Below, one piece after another: positions 11,093 to 24,381 of a DNA stretch of 64,000 bases; the stretch's first letter is position 1; each line of letters starts with the position of its first letter. The stretch is from Octopus bimaculoides (taxonomy: Eukaryota). Location: NCBI RefSeq assembly GCF_001194135.2, contig NC_068999.1:53585254-53649253 (forward strand), written 5' to 3'. Position numbers and translations under genes: made by a program. The notes beneath the pieces were generated by a model, which did no database searches, had not been told where the DNA came from, and saw nothing but the letters and a program-made list of their open reading frames with translations.

Positions 11093-11268
11093 CTGACTCT
11101 CTCAAAACTACGGGCTGTCTTACAGCAAGCAAACGGCTGGCTTTTACTCCAATCCCAGAAGTAAATCTCATCAGCAGTGGCAAAGACTAACACATGGTCT
11201 GTTGGATGAAAAGCTAAAGTGGCAATTACAGAACCATGTGGTGCAGTCCACACTTCACTGCCACGACC
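11093..11268 (-). CDS. AMBRA1: AMBRA1 WD40 exon (176 nt): GRGSEVWTAPHGSVIATLAFHPTDHVLVFATADEIYFWDWSKSQPFACCKTARSFERV
   Basis: Acceptor tttgatttcag, donor AG|gtgagt; phase 0 to 2; matches the AMBRA1 LAFHP/FWDWS motifs. Confidence 0.93.
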
Positions 11269-11489
11269 CTGAAATCAAAGAAATTTCTGTTGAACAGGTG
11301 CAAGACAAGATTATTTAACAAAAATAGCAGTGACAGTGGCTTTGAAGTATTGGCCTGCTTAGCCTTCATCTGAGACTTGGAAGCCATTGACAACACTATT
11401 CTTGTAAAAGATCAATGAATATATGTTCTACAAAAAGTTTTAAGCAATCTTTTGGCTTAATGTAAAAGAGTAAAGACCTACTTTGGTCA

Positions 11490-11885
11490 TGAATGACAAT
11501 GGGATTGCACCTATTAAGTTACTCTCCAAAGGAGAAGTCTGGGCAAGGTTGTTTATGGAAGACCAGCAGTGGCCTATGCATACCAGCCTTCTCTCTCCAT
11601 GCCACTATATGTGCATATGATAAAGGGGAAAGATACCTTTCGGTTATGAATGACAATGGGATACCAGCTTCCCCTTTCCATGTCACTGATGTTATCCAAG
11701 GGAAAGGCAAAGGCTGATACAGCTTGGCACCAGTGATGTCGCAACTTGTTTCTACAGCCGAGTGAACTGGAGCAATGTGAAATGAAGAGTCTTGCTCAAG
11801 AGCACAACACACAGTCCGGCCTGGGAATCAAACTCACTACCTCATGAATGTGAGCCTGATGCTCTAACCACTGAGCCATGTGCCT
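11490..11885 (-). mobile_element. tRNA-derived SINE, family C (ttgtgtccttgagcaagacacttt...gctccagtccactcagctg central domain, Meta/Nin-like)
   Basis: Reverse-complement tRNA-like head (catggctcagtggttagagc...gagtttgattccc) and central domain shared with 11965-12180, 47410-47749, 50420-50630 and 51880-52090. Confidence 0.7.
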
Positions 11886-12719
11886 TTGCAATTTAATGTA
11901 AAACTGTTTTTATCATAACTCAACATAAAAAAAAAAAACAATATACATATACAAACATATAGATATATATTTCAAAAGGATCAAAGGTCCTACTTGAGCC
12001 ATGGGCTCATAAAGCCAGTTTCCTGGATTCTGTGTTGGGATTACACATTTTTGCTATCTGAGGTGGACTGGAGCAACATGTAATGAAATGCTTTGCTCAA
12101 GAACACAACACACTACCCAGTCCAGGAATTGAAACCACAATCTTATGAGAATGAGTTTAACACCCTAACCACTAAGCTACACGCACATATATGATGTGTG
12201 GATACATGTAAACGTGTGTGTATATTATAAGAGGGTGAATGTGTGTGCATGCTGATGTGAGTTTTAGCACTTATGTATGCATGCAAGTGTGTACACATAC
12301 ACGAGAGTGTATGAATGTTTTTTTTGCAGTACAGAAACTGCATTGTGAGAGTATGCTGACTCATACCTATACCTTCACAACATATTGAAAGTAAATGTGT
12401 CTATGTATACACATGGGTGTGGTGAATGGATGCACGTGTGTACATACAAAGTAAACATGCCTGCATGCATAAATGAATATGTGGAACAATTATAACGTAC
12501 AAGGTGTGGTGTATGTGCAGAAGGGACATTATGTATATGTATATAATCATATTGTGTGTGAGAGAGAGAGAGAGAAGACATGAGTGTTTATGAATGTTAG
12601 TAATAGATATGGTGTAACAGAATTTGACGTCAGACAGAATTGTGGTGGCATATATTTCAACACCCAACAAACAAAAGATAGAAGACCACAGACAACACTG
12701 ATATCTAATGTTTACTTAC

Positions 12720-12903
12720 ATGTAAGTCCCAGATTCTGACCTCTCCTCCAAGACAACCGGATGCCAGGATGTCATTGGCAGATGGATGGAATGCTAGACA
12801 CCATGGTGTTCTCGGATGGCCCTGCAAGATGTGCGTGCACTTCCGTGTTACAATATCAGTAATGCGCACAGAGTGGTCACCATGAGAAGAAGCCATTCTT
12901 GAG
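12720..12903 (-). CDS. AMBRA1: AMBRA1 WD40 exon (184 nt): SRMASSHGDHSVRITDIVTRKCTHILQGHPRTPWCLAFHPSANDILASGCLGGEVRIWDLH
   Basis: Clear GH...WD repeat inside ORF 12705-12977; acceptor ttgcttag, donor CAT|gtaagt. Confidence 0.95.
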
Positions 12904-13785
12904 CTAAGCAAAGAAGACATTGTTATTATTATTTTTATAATTCTACTTGTTCCTACATTCTTTCTTGTTTCATCCATGTGTTACACTTACATAATCAAAG
13001 GAGGTTATAACTCAAATGTAGAATTAGATATAGAGCGAGAGAAAGGAAAGAAAGGGAGTCAGAGAAAGAAATGAAATGGGGAATAGTTAAATCAGTGAAT
13101 AGGAAGGGAAAACAAGAAAGAGGGAGAGAGGTCTATACTATTAGAGGGTGTGAAGGGGAGGGAGAAAGTGTATTATATTATTCTGTATTTGTGTGTTCAA
13201 ATTACGAGCACAACTGAAATGTTTAACATAATGAAACAATGTCACGAAGATCTATAACTTTATGCTTTAAAAGATATATCAATAGACAGTTGAATTAGTT
13301 AGCAAAAAGCTGTGGAAGTTGCATTCTTATTATCTATGTGTTTCAGAACAAAACCTGTGGCCATGCTGGAGCACTGTTATTGTTAATTTTTTTTCTTTTC
13401 TTATTAGGTTTAAATGCTTATTGGTAGTATGAAAGTAAACAAGACACATACATTGGCAGAAGGGAAAGTAGATATAAGAGGTAGGTGACCTACTGATATA
13501 TCAAATGTTATCCAAATAGAGAGATATATCAATAGATATACAAATAGATAGATCACTGAGCTGAAGTGAAATGAAGAAGAAATGAAAATAATATCAATTG
13601 GTAAATAACTTGAACTGAGCCTTGTTGGTGGCTGGACAGCGAAAAGTGAGGCAATTTTGAGTTAAGTGTTTTGGCCATTGTCACCTTTTAAAAGCATTTG
13701 ATGGAGTCTACAGACTTCAGTAACTGAAAGTCTCTTAGAATGACTACTAACATTGAGAGAGACAGAGAGAAAGAAAAATTCTTAC

Positions 13786-13844
13786 CCATCAGGACTGAAA
13801 TCCATGAGAAATGTGGCTCGGCAGTGACCAGATAGTTCACATGG
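13786..13844 (-). CDS. AMBRA1: AMBRA1 exon (59 nt): PCELSGHCRATFLMDFSPDG
   Basis: Acceptor ctcttgatttaccag, donor GG|gtaag; phase 0 to 2; aligns with human ELPDSPRSTFLLAFSPD as recalled. Confidence 0.88.
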
Positions 13845-15139
13845 CTGGTAAATCAAGAGAATATCAGTGAATTTATCAAATTTGTGAAAAAATGTTCCTG
13901 ATAAATCTTTCAACAACAACAATAATAGTACAGCAAATGAAAAGCAAGAGAGTTACTCAAGCTGCTAGAAAAGCAGCCAAATTTCTTTCATATCACACCC
14001 AACTGTCTTAGAAAAACAAAAAAAGACTCACTGTATAGTAATCCATGATAGACTGTGTCTGAATAAATGATTGGGTAGTCACAATCAGGACACTTCTTTT
14101 ATCATAAAGTTTGGTAGACCAGGGCAGAACCATAACAACAACAATAACAACCATTTACGAGTGCAGGGTGAAGTGATATAACCTTGTGCCAGACTGAAGC
14201 ATAAATGTGCTTTAGAGCTGGATGTATCCATTCAGGAAGACTATATTCAACACAACACTCAGCAACAATGCTTCATTTGACTGCCACTTCAAACATGACC
14301 AGGCCTTCTTTTCTGGTGGGTTATGTCCAGGAAGTCTGTTGTTGTGTATATTTTTATCTTTTACTTGTTTCACTCATTGGACTGTGACCATGCTGGGGCA
14401 CTACCTTGAAGTATTTAAGTTGAACAAATCAACCCTAGCACTATCTTTTAAACTTGGCATTTTTTTTATCGATTTCTTTTGCTGAGTTGCTAAGGACATA
14501 AACAAACCAACAACAGTTGTCAAGTTGTGATGGAGGATAAACACAAAGACAGATACATGCATGCACACATGCACGCGCACACACACACACTGTAAGTACC
14601 TTTTAGTTTATGTCTACGAAATCTACTTGCAAGGCTTTGGTTAGCCCAGGGCTGCAGTAAAAGACACTTGCCAAAGATGCTGTGTAGTGGAACTGAACCC
14701 AAGACCACATTGTTAGGAAGCAAGCTTCTTAACCTCACAGTCATGCCTGTGCTTATACATATATTCAACATTTTTCCTATGGGGAAGATTTAGCTGCTGG
14801 TTTTACCAAGTTAAACCAACAGACATCAGCAACTGTTAACACCTCCGAACAAGACAATGCTCACAACATGTAATAAAAATAAATAGGAGTAAATATAGAA
14901 TTTAAATGGTTCCAACTGAAAGAGAGATTACAATTAGAGATTTCAAGGACAGTTTGAACTGAGAATTAAAACTACATTTGTTTCAGAGCAATGAAGCAAA
15001 GAACAAATAGGAAATAACACTGACCAAAGGCACAACAAAGAAAAAGAAAAGAAAATTTTGTTATACAATGAAATTCCTCCTTACCTGAAAAACATGCAAA
15101 AATAAGATGGTGGAAGAGCATCCAGATATAAAACACTTC

Positions 15140-15530
15140 AATCTTTTATTCTTTTACTTGTTTCAGTCATTTGACTGTGGCCATGCTGGAGCAAAGGATT
15201 TTTAGTCAAACAACTCAATCCCGGTACCTATTTTTTAAAGTATGATACTTATTCTATTGGTCTCTTTTGCTGAACTGTTAAGTCACAAGGATGTAAACAA
15301 ACCAACACAGGTTGCCAAGTAATGTGTTTGTGAGACACAAACACACACATATATACCTATATATGTCTGTTTATATCTATGACTTCAATGCAGTTTCTGT
15401 CTACCAAATTCCCTCGCAAGGCATTGGTTGACCAGGGGCTATAGAAGACCCTTGCTTAAAGTGCCACGCAGGACTGAACCTGGAACTGTGTAATTTCAAA
15501 GTGTTCTTCTTAACCACACTGCCATATCTG
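15140..15530 (-). mobile_element. tRNA-derived SINE, family A, near full length (second copy at about 14370-14750)
   Basis: cttttacttgtttcagtcatttgactgtggccatgctggagc tail, internal CA/TA microsatellite, tttctgtctaccaaat...ggactgaacc head. Confidence 0.8.
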
Positions 15531-15848
15531 TTCATTCTTTGTTAGTATGGAAAAATAGAAACAAACAAATGAACAAATAGCTAGCTATGTGGTAAGGAAC
15601 TACTGATGTTCAACTAGTTCTTAGGAGACTTGTGCCAATGTTAGACATCATCATACCGTTGTGGAAGTGAACCAGAGAAAACTGGGACACGCATTAGTAT
15701 ACTATGAAACCCGACACCTTACAGTTACAGCAAAGGATTATTAAAAAGAAAATAAAAATAATAAAAGGAGGTAAGAAAAGAAAAAAGTTAAAATAAGAGG
15801 TCAAATGAAAAGTCTAAAAATCAAAGAAAACTAATTTAGAGTAATTAC

Positions 15849-15968
15849 CTCATTAGCATGTGGTGTGGTAGCTTTGTATTCCAGAAGGCTCTCTACAAAT
15901 TTGATGTATGACTGGACATCTTTCAGTCCAACTTGCCTTCGGAAGACAAAATCTGTGATGTTCTTCAT
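15849..15968 (-). CDS. AMBRA1: AMBRA1 first coding exon: MKNITDFVFRRQVGLKDVQSYIKFVESLLEYKATTPHANE (DDB1-binding H-box/helix-loop-helix region). The whole exon is 15849-16003, including 35 nt of 5'UTR.
   Basis: Acceptor ttttag at 16004-16005 after a pyrimidine tract; donor GAG|gtaatt; an in-frame TAG at 15978-15980 precedes the ATG; NITDFVFRRQVG resembles DCAF H-box motifs. Not in the ORF track because it is short. Confidence 0.85.
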
Positions 15969-16189
15969 ATTTTCTGACTACCACAGTGACCAGTGTTCAG
16001 CTCCTAAAACAAAGAAAGAAGAAAAAACACAAATGACAGATGGCATAAGGGTTTCAAATCATTAAAGAGAGGAAAAATATATGAAACACTATTTTATAAT
16101 TTGCAATCTCATTTTGTGTTTTATTCATAATTTTCCTTTTCTTTTTGGACTAGGATTTTCAGTTATTCTCCCGTGCTGATGTGGAGAGA

Positions 16190-16768
16190 TTTGCAAATTT
16201 TGTACTCAGTAGTATGAATTGCTATGGTGGTTGAAGCAGGATTTACTGCCCAAAATATATCAGGAGTTTTAACTAAAAAAAATCTAGTATTGTGCATGTG
16301 TAAATATGTCATCAGGCATCTACCATACTCGGAATGTCTTGCTTCTCTGGGCATGGACACATTAAAGCTCCGACATGTGGCAACTGACTTGGTAGACATC
16401 CACAAGATTATCCACCGTCTTTCCAATAACAACTTTGGAAACCTTTTTGAATTCTAAATGTCTAACACTTGTGGACATGGTTACAAAATCAGTTAACATC
16501 ACAGCACTCATGACTTTCAGAAACATTTTTTCATGCTCAGAATTGTTGAAGCATGGAATAAACTACCCACATCCTTCAAAACTTCCATGCTTTTCAAAAT
16601 TCATCAACAGTACACCTGATGTCTCCATCCTTGTTTCAAACAACTCGTTCACTGTTCACTTCCTGTGCATTATTCTATGCATTGTTCATGCACTTTTGGC
16701 TACTTTTTCTGATGAGTTGTAGTGCACTTGAGCACTTTATACAATAAGTTCATTATTATTATCATCAT
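16190..16768 (+). mobile_element. CR1/Jockey-group LINE 3' fragment, degenerate
   Basis: Peptide YSECLASLGMDTLKLRHVATDLVDIHKII (CR1 motif YxERLxxLxLxSLxxRRxxxDL), then KHFFMLRIVEAWNKLP and a (TAT/CAT)n tail. Confidence 0.8.
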
Positions 16769-16770
16769 AT

Positions 16771-16995
16771 AAGGTGGTGAGCTGGCAGAATCATTAGCAC
16801 ACTGGGCAAAATGCTTACCAGCATTTTGTCCATCTTTATGTTCTGATTTCAAATTCCGCTGAGGTCGACTTTGCCTTTCATCTTTTTGGGGTCGATAAAT
16901 TAAGTACCAGTGGAACACTGGGATTGATGTAGTTGGCTCGTCCCCGCACCAAAAACTTCAAGCCTTGTGCATTTAGTAGAAAAAATTATTATTAT
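16771..16995 (+). mobile_element. tRNA-derived SINE, family B
   Basis: ggtgagctggcagaatcattagc...ttcaaattccgctgaggtcgactttgcctttcatc...taagtaccagt. Other copies at about 9200-9600(-), 27555-27760(+), 31255-31390(-), 36310-37260(-), 40560-40735(+), 41140-41340(-), 60010-60620(+) and 60750-61040(-). Confidence 0.8.
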
Positions 16996-18859
16996 TATAA
17001 TACACATCTAAGTTTCTCACCCAATGCATTCTTATCAAGTCTACATTCTGTAGCTTCTCCACCACCTCTTTGATACCCTCTCATCTTCCGATCACTTTCT
17101 CCTCTCCACTCACCTTCTCTTCATTTCCCCATATTATGCTGCCAGTATTAGTAAAGTTGGTGGTACCTGGTACTCCTTTCATCACCCTTTTTGCACCGTC
17201 TGTCATCACTTCCTACCTCCAAAGAACCTGTTACTCCCACCTATCATTCACATTTGGTGCTGTCCATCTCTATTACTACCCATCACGCTTTACCACGCTT
17301 TACCACTCTTTCACACCAATCACTGTTTCCACTATCATATTCTTTACTACCGTCACTCACTCATCCTGCTTTTTCTCTTCTTTTTTTTCTATAATCAGTA
17401 TTGTCTTATCTATCTACCCTCTTAGCAATTGAACACATCATAGAGTAGCAAGGGCTTTTTTTGTCTCACAGAATACAGAGCAACTGTATTAGTGTTGGCC
17501 TATGATTAAAGTGTACTCAATATGCTCTGTAAAGTGTTTCATGAAGGAGCAGAAACAATGCATGGTTAAGAGGACTCATTAGTGAAGTTGAGGACATGAC
17601 AATCTCTTTTGTGCTGGTGCTACAATGAAAGGCATCCAGTAAAAACTGTGAAATAATTGGTGGTAAGAAAGGCATCCAGCCATAGAGACCAAACCAAACT
17701 GGACTGTGGCGACATACTCAACTCATATTAGCAAGGAAAGTTCATGTAAAATGATTCTAGCATAGTTTGGTATATACCCTGAGAAAGAGAGAAAATCCCT
17801 GTCACTAGCAATAGTAATAGTGCTCTGAAATGTTTTCTGCCTTGTCCTTGATATAGCTGAGCTTTAGATATACCCACATCTACTGCTACTAAGGTCACCG
17901 AGAGGAAAAAGAAAGCGATCAAGAAAGAATTTAAAGAAATGTATTTCACATGTATTTTACTGAGTCTTTCTGCGAGTGAACCTGCGATCCCTCTGTACAT
18001 CTTGTGCGCAGTGGCACGAAACTTGAGTCGAGAGACAAACTTTCAGTTTCAGTTTAAAAAAAAAAAAGGTATATCCTCAAAACACGTATCGAACAACCCA
18101 CTTTCATTCGTCGAATATAGTCACATTTACAACCATATATATATATATATATATATATCCACACGCATATAATTATATGTACATATAAACGTGCACACAT
18201 ATGTACACAATTACATTCATGCACATACACACACGCTATATGTCAAAATTGAGGACAGTGTGTTAATCATGGAAGCATTTTACATAGCTTCGGAACAAAT
18301 GTTAATCAGGATTGCACAACTTCCCTCAGATATGAAATTTAATAGATTTATGTTATCAGGTAGTTTTAGCGTTGAGAATAAACACAATATATCAAATCTA
18401 ATTGCGTTGTCGAAAAATCAACGCTTTTTTTCAAAATTGGTTTCATTTTGTAACTCGACACTAAGCTTAATTTTTCTCAGCTTTGATTGAGCACGATCTA
18501 CGATCAAAGAGTTCTGGCCAGAACCATTCAGTCGTTTATTCAGGGAGTAAATCTAGTACTACATTATCTCGTTTTAATGACGTTAGGATTTGTTTCGAGG
18601 GAGATTTAGCTGCCAATTCTAGTTAGTCGAGCTTGCTCGTTGTCTCGTCAAAGCTTTGTGCGTGTGTGTATGTATAATGTGTCCGTTATATGCATGCATT
18701 TGGTAACATTTTGATGTTCAATGCTTATCTCAAGGGTGTTTAGAAGCAAAATAATGATGGTTATAATATATTTAATGTATTATATGTAATGTTGTTAACC
18801 CTATAGTGTGTGTGCATACACAAACACACATATAAATGTAGTTAAGTTATAGTATAAGT

Positions 18860-18932
<73 letters not shown>

Positions 18933-19936
18933 AATATAGTTATTTAAGTAAAGTTATAGCATCTATAAAGATATGAATTTCTTGCGTTAAATATATTTAA
19001 TGTTACGAGTGCAACAAATTTAATTAGAAATAATTACAAGGTGAAAGAAAGATTAGCCAAAGCCAAGATAAAGAAACATGAAAGAACTACTAAGGAAAAC
19101 TAGAAAACAAGATTTTGGATGTCGCTGTTTGTTTTCGTTTCTGTCTGTTTTTCAAAGAGTGCATTCCAAAGATGATCATCAGGTTTAACACGTACAAGAC
19201 TTTACGAAGATGGGTGTGTCTTACAGACCCATAATCAGTCAAGATATAAACATAGTTCTTGACAATTCTTACGGGCATGTTCGGCAGAATTTAAACATAG
19301 TTAATGATTTCGTTATTTCTTAATTAAACTAAAATGAAAAAAAAAAAAGACCTAAGGCCAAAAATATAACTGCACACTAAATTAATGTCTCAGAATATAC
19401 ACAGATATATACACACAGTTGCCAGGGAAAAAATATTTAGGAGGAAAAGAAAATGGTTGATAGAATTTCTTTTTATAAGTAAAAACGTAAAATATGATCC
19501 AGATTTTCCTGAATGGAAAAATAAATTTGTGGCTGGAAAATTATCCTTATTTTAAAACATTTAGGCTTGTGTGGAATAAACAAAAACAAACAAAAACAAA
19601 TACGAAATCTACAAGGATTAGGATTATTTGAACTGATAAATGTGAAGTAGTAAGCTAGATCTGATGCAGCATCCACCCCAATTTCCTGTTCTTTGTAAAA
19701 CCACCATCGACCTAAAAATATCTGACAACAAGCAATGGCCTTTAAAAATAAAAAAAACTGTCTTATATAGTCACAGGATATCAATCATTGATCTTTTGGG
19801 AGTTTTTTTTTTACGCTTTCTCCGAGTAGTGAATATAAACACAGATACTTTCTCTTTCTCCGCATTTCTACTTCTGTATCTCTTCAGGTTGATGAAGCAA
19901 ATCATACAGAGATTGAGTGTGTACACACATACACAC

Positions 19937-19995
<59 letters not shown>

Positions 19996-20449
19996 ATATA
20001 TATATATATAGGGAGGGAGGGAGAGAGAGATATTTATATAAATACACTAAGTTCAGAGTCATTGGGGAAAAAGTACCAAAGATAATAATAGGAAATGAAG
20101 ATAGAATCAAAATGGAGTGTTCTTGTCAATATATTAAACTTGTAACACTGAAAAATCACCACTTCTTTTACCACCGCCAGGTGATGGTGAGTATTAGTAC
20201 AAATCGAAACATTATTTGTAAAGGAGTAGAAAGCTATAATCGGTGTAATTAGACCAGTACATGTCTGGTAGTGATTTTTATCAAAACCCCTGAGGGGGTT
20301 AGTCGACACTCCCGGTCAGACGGGCAACTGAAATATTTCCAAAAGTCGATTGAAAAACCCCAAGTCGTAATGATTATTGCCTTCCTTCGGATTTAATTAA
20401 TATGCCTAATTATTATACAAGCGTGAAGCTGAAAGAATTATCTACAGTG

Positions 20450-20514
<65 letters not shown>

Positions 20515-23500
20515 CATATATGTGTGTATATATGTGTATATATATGCGTGTGTGTGTGTGTATTACTAGCGCCTAGGGGGAAGACCATACCAGCCAAATT
20601 ATATTTACACCATAATAAATGTTATGACTTAGTCAAACCCGGCTGATTTTATAAAAGGCAATGGTTACAGTTGTTTGAATTCACCATCTTCTACTATTAC
20701 TTATTTTTCTATCCAGATTTTCGTTGATTTTCGATATTATAAAGAAATTCCTAATAATTCGACTAGGTTCATTTCCAGCGAAAACAAAGGAAACGGAATG
20801 GTAATGAGAATGTTGTGATGTTCATGATGCTATCAAAGGCCTGGAACAGTTAGTTATACGAAGCGAACATGGCTTTGATCGAGGCCTCTGTGTTCTTTAG
20901 CTTTGCTGAGAGCCTTATTTATAACGATCACTACAATCATTGCTAATCACAGAACTTAAAATTCCAGTCTCGACTTCTTCCTTCACCACCACAAATGAAA
21001 TCAAGTACATGGCCACTAAATCTGCAAGAAATAGCAATCAAATTTCACTTAACTCACACCGAACCATCTTTAAAAAAAAAATGTTTTAAAACATACACTG
21101 GATAATTGGTAGTATCAGATCCATGGTGCCAAAACAAACTAAAGAGACGAGGTAAATTATGGCTAGAACGGTTTTAATGATAAAACTGCTCCATCAGTCC
21201 CAACATGGGTCTTAACAGTCAAATGAAACGGTTTCATCTAACATGGAACCCCAGGTTCAAATATTTTTGCCAAATATCTAATCTCCAACTTGGGATTATT
21301 CTACAACGACGAAAAACAAACACAAATAAGAGTGGCCATGTCTTTAAAGAACAATTTCAACGACAGAAATTAATTATTTAGCCTACTTAGACATTATTTC
21401 TTGGCTGAAGCGCCGTTTGCCTGCTATTTATAATTAGTACGGACATCGTTCCCAATAGAATGATTTTATTTAATTATTCAAAAGTCTCTAGTCTAAAATG
21501 AAAATATACTTCACGATTAGCTCCTTTCAATCTCTTCTAAACGAACTAGATACATTTAGAAATAAATTCTTTTCCCTTCACCATTTGAAAATACGCTTCT
21601 CCTACATCTTTTTATATAAGTAACTACAGCAATTAAATTAAGTGGATTCGACCCCTCCCACAAATATCTGACAACCAGGGAGTCAGACACAAGGGAAAGG
21701 ATAAGATATTCGGATAAAATAATCGAGATGCAAATTACTCTGAGTAGCGACGGAGGTAATCAACATCGAATATATAATATATAGACACGATGCAAATGTA
21801 TGATCCAAGATCAAGATCAAAATATTCGGCGAAGAAATGCAACTTAGGGATATGCATTATATAAAATGTGCATGCATGCATATATATATATATATACATA
21901 TATAACGATCGTTGCGGATGCACTTACTGGTTTCAGTCCTACTACACTATTTGCTATTTGAGTTTCATGCTATATATATATATATATGTGTGTGTGTGCA
22001 CATATCCAACTGAAAATTTCCCCGTTTTCAGAAATTTAGAGAGAGAGAGAGAGAGGGTGTGTGCAGTAAGGTACGAATATAAATATATCAATCTATATAC
22101 AAACATGAGCAAAACGGCAATATGGAACAAGAAAGGGATCGGATGATGGGTGGGGACATGTTAACGAAAAACAGTGAGGGAAAAAAAAAAGAGAGGAGAT
22201 GGTTTGTTGGAATAGCATGGATAGATATTTAAAAAAAAAAAAACCACATACTCAACTATTATGTGCCAACATTGAATGGAATGTCTAAGGTGAAGGTGAA
22301 GAAATATGTAATAATCATTACTAAACAAGGAATGTCACCAGATGGCTGCCAGAAACGAGGCTTCGGTACGCCGCTGGCTGTGTGAGAGAGAAAAAGATTT
22401 GGCCAGCCACAGCGAAATTAATTGTCTTCGCTTGTCTCTTTTGAAGAGTCAGGATGATGTCGGTTTCTTTTTCCTTTCTTTTGTTTTGTTTTCCTTTTAG
22501 TCTCTAAAGGAAATTAAGGCGAGTTGTAATAAATATATAAATAGAGGTGTGTGTGTGTTTAGATATAAATATATAGATATCTGTGAGAGATAAAGAGAGA
22601 AAGATAGAGCAGAGAGAGGGTGAGGCAGTCGTGTCCATGAGTTTTAGGAAACCGCCATGCCGTTAATAACAACAACAAGAATAACTATAAACAGGATACG
22701 AAGAGTTTTCTGGTCGGGTTGTCGAGCAGCGAGGCACCCTATTGGTTGAAATATTCCGAATGAGGCCTCTATAGACCTATATAGGTGTATACATTCATTT
22801 ATTTATATTTAATCTTGTGTATTAGTGCAAATACAAACGCATTTATCTGGCTAAATATATATATATATTTATATGTATGTGGGTGGGTGCATATTTTCTA
22901 TTTGTAGATAAATACTGCACGCACTCACAGACATATATACACACACACACAGACGCAATCACATACGTGTATGTGTGTGCGCGTGCTTTCGCCTGAGTGT
23001 GGTGTATTTTTTTTTATATTTCACTTGTTGGTAACTAGACATTGGAAACGCCGAGGGCGTTACTCGCTAAGCTGTTGATCGACCTCCTAGAAATAGCAGC
23101 CAAAATCTCCCTCATATACACACCTGTAAATCTTAAATAGAAGGGTACATTGAGCAATGTACTCCTTGACATACACGTAATGGTCACAGCAAAGACGTTT
23201 TTGATCACAGAGCAGAGCTACATGATCAAAAATTTCAACTAACCACTGACTGGCATGTTAATTTTCTCGACGTGTCCTGAAAAGATCTTTATCACGGGAA
23301 ATATGAACTAAAACACTTCATTCGCAATTTGGATCATCGATCGAAATATATGTGTGGAGACAGATAATGTGTATAAATACATGCAATAGTAGTGGTGGAT
23401 CTCAGTCGTTGGACGTTGAGTTTAACCTGCTTTTGAATTAACGCGTTAAGTGACTGAACCTTTACATACACACTCGTGTACTATTAACGAATCCTTGGGC

Positions 23501-24270
23501 AGAATCAACGTGATACAATATCTTTGGGACAAGGCTATATCATTTGAATTCTGGGTATCATCCTTCTGATGACCTCCTATAACAGCTTCTATCGAATTTT
23601 CATCGCAAGGTAGAAAGAAGTTGACTCGAACCTCTTGAAAGTTACGTTCGCTCAAGTTTCTATGCAAACTCTGTTGTTGCAAAACGAACTACTAAACCGT
23701 TCGCCCATATGCACTCATACATATATGCGTGTGTGTGTGTGTGTTTATGCATACATTTGCAAGTGCAGTATGGACTAACGTTTAAGAAGTTTGATTCACA
23801 AAAGCGAACTTGGTTAACTGTCTCAATCAGATGAATTCAAATAGAATTAACATCCAAGGTAATTCCTCTCAAGTATGATAAATTGATCCAAATATCGCTT
23901 AGAAGAATTTCAAGAAATTCGGAGTATTTGACAACGTGAACAAGAATGGAAAAAAATCACATCTTCAATTGATAAAAGATGTGATTATTGGTTAAGTTCA
24001 CTTCACAACAATAAAGATCCACTGGTCCATCTCATTGCCTGGCATCTTGGGCAAGCGTCTTTACCATAGCATCGGATCAACTTTCAAGCCTTATGAGTGA
24101 TATTGGGTAGATGGTGATTGTATAAAAACCTGTCAGATATACTCGTGCCTTAAGATGTAATTTAAAAAGGGATAACGCTGACATTGTGTCAAAAAGATTA
24201 CGTTAGCGGACACTTCAGCTGCTCAATCGATGAGTTGGTTGACCAGTTCATCGAACAGCTGGACACTGAT

Positions 24271-24381
24271 CTGTTCTATAAAACAAAATATACAAATATA
24301 CGAAGTTTGAAAGTGTTTCGGTACCAAAAACACTACATAAAACATAAATGAAAAATGTTGCCCGTCAAACCAAAAAGATCC
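24271..24381 (+). mobile_element. Right-end fragment of the GGATC-TIR MITE found complete at 53933-54462
   Basis: About 110 nt align closely with 54351-54462 (tacgaagtttgaaag..tcggtaccaaaaacactac..aatgaaaaatgt..aaaaagatcc). Confidence 0.75.

Larger units (their letters stand above)
68..15968 (-). other. AMBRA1: AMBRA1 gene model (DCAF3; CRL4 substrate receptor and autophagy regulator), 11 coding exons in window, 3' end beyond the left edge
   Basis: Exons 15849-15968, 13786-13844, 12720-12903, 11093-11268, 9972-10073, 8875-8987, 3378-8540, 2305-2383, 1987-2129, 948-1058 and 68-253 all have GT/AG ends and splice into one open frame (6436 nt). The peptides match human AMBRA1 as I recall it: TFLMDFSPDG, GHPRTPWCLAFHP..ASGCLGGEVRIWDLH, LAFHPT..EIYFWDWS, FDPLGHY, RIQRWDF, CKLHNGASCDISQDG..RGFPDD..LAIYSL..TKGFG. 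Confidence 0.95.

Noticed and set aside
13786-13897. Longer version of the second AMBRA1 coding exon using the acceptor at 13898-13899
   Set aside because: It introduces an in-frame TGA; the acceptor at 13845-13846 gives the conserved peptide.
18040-18056. ISRE/IRF-like motif (tttcagtttcagttt) near the putative AMBRA1 TSS
   Set aside because: A short AT-rich match is expected by chance, and the TSS itself is unconfirmed.
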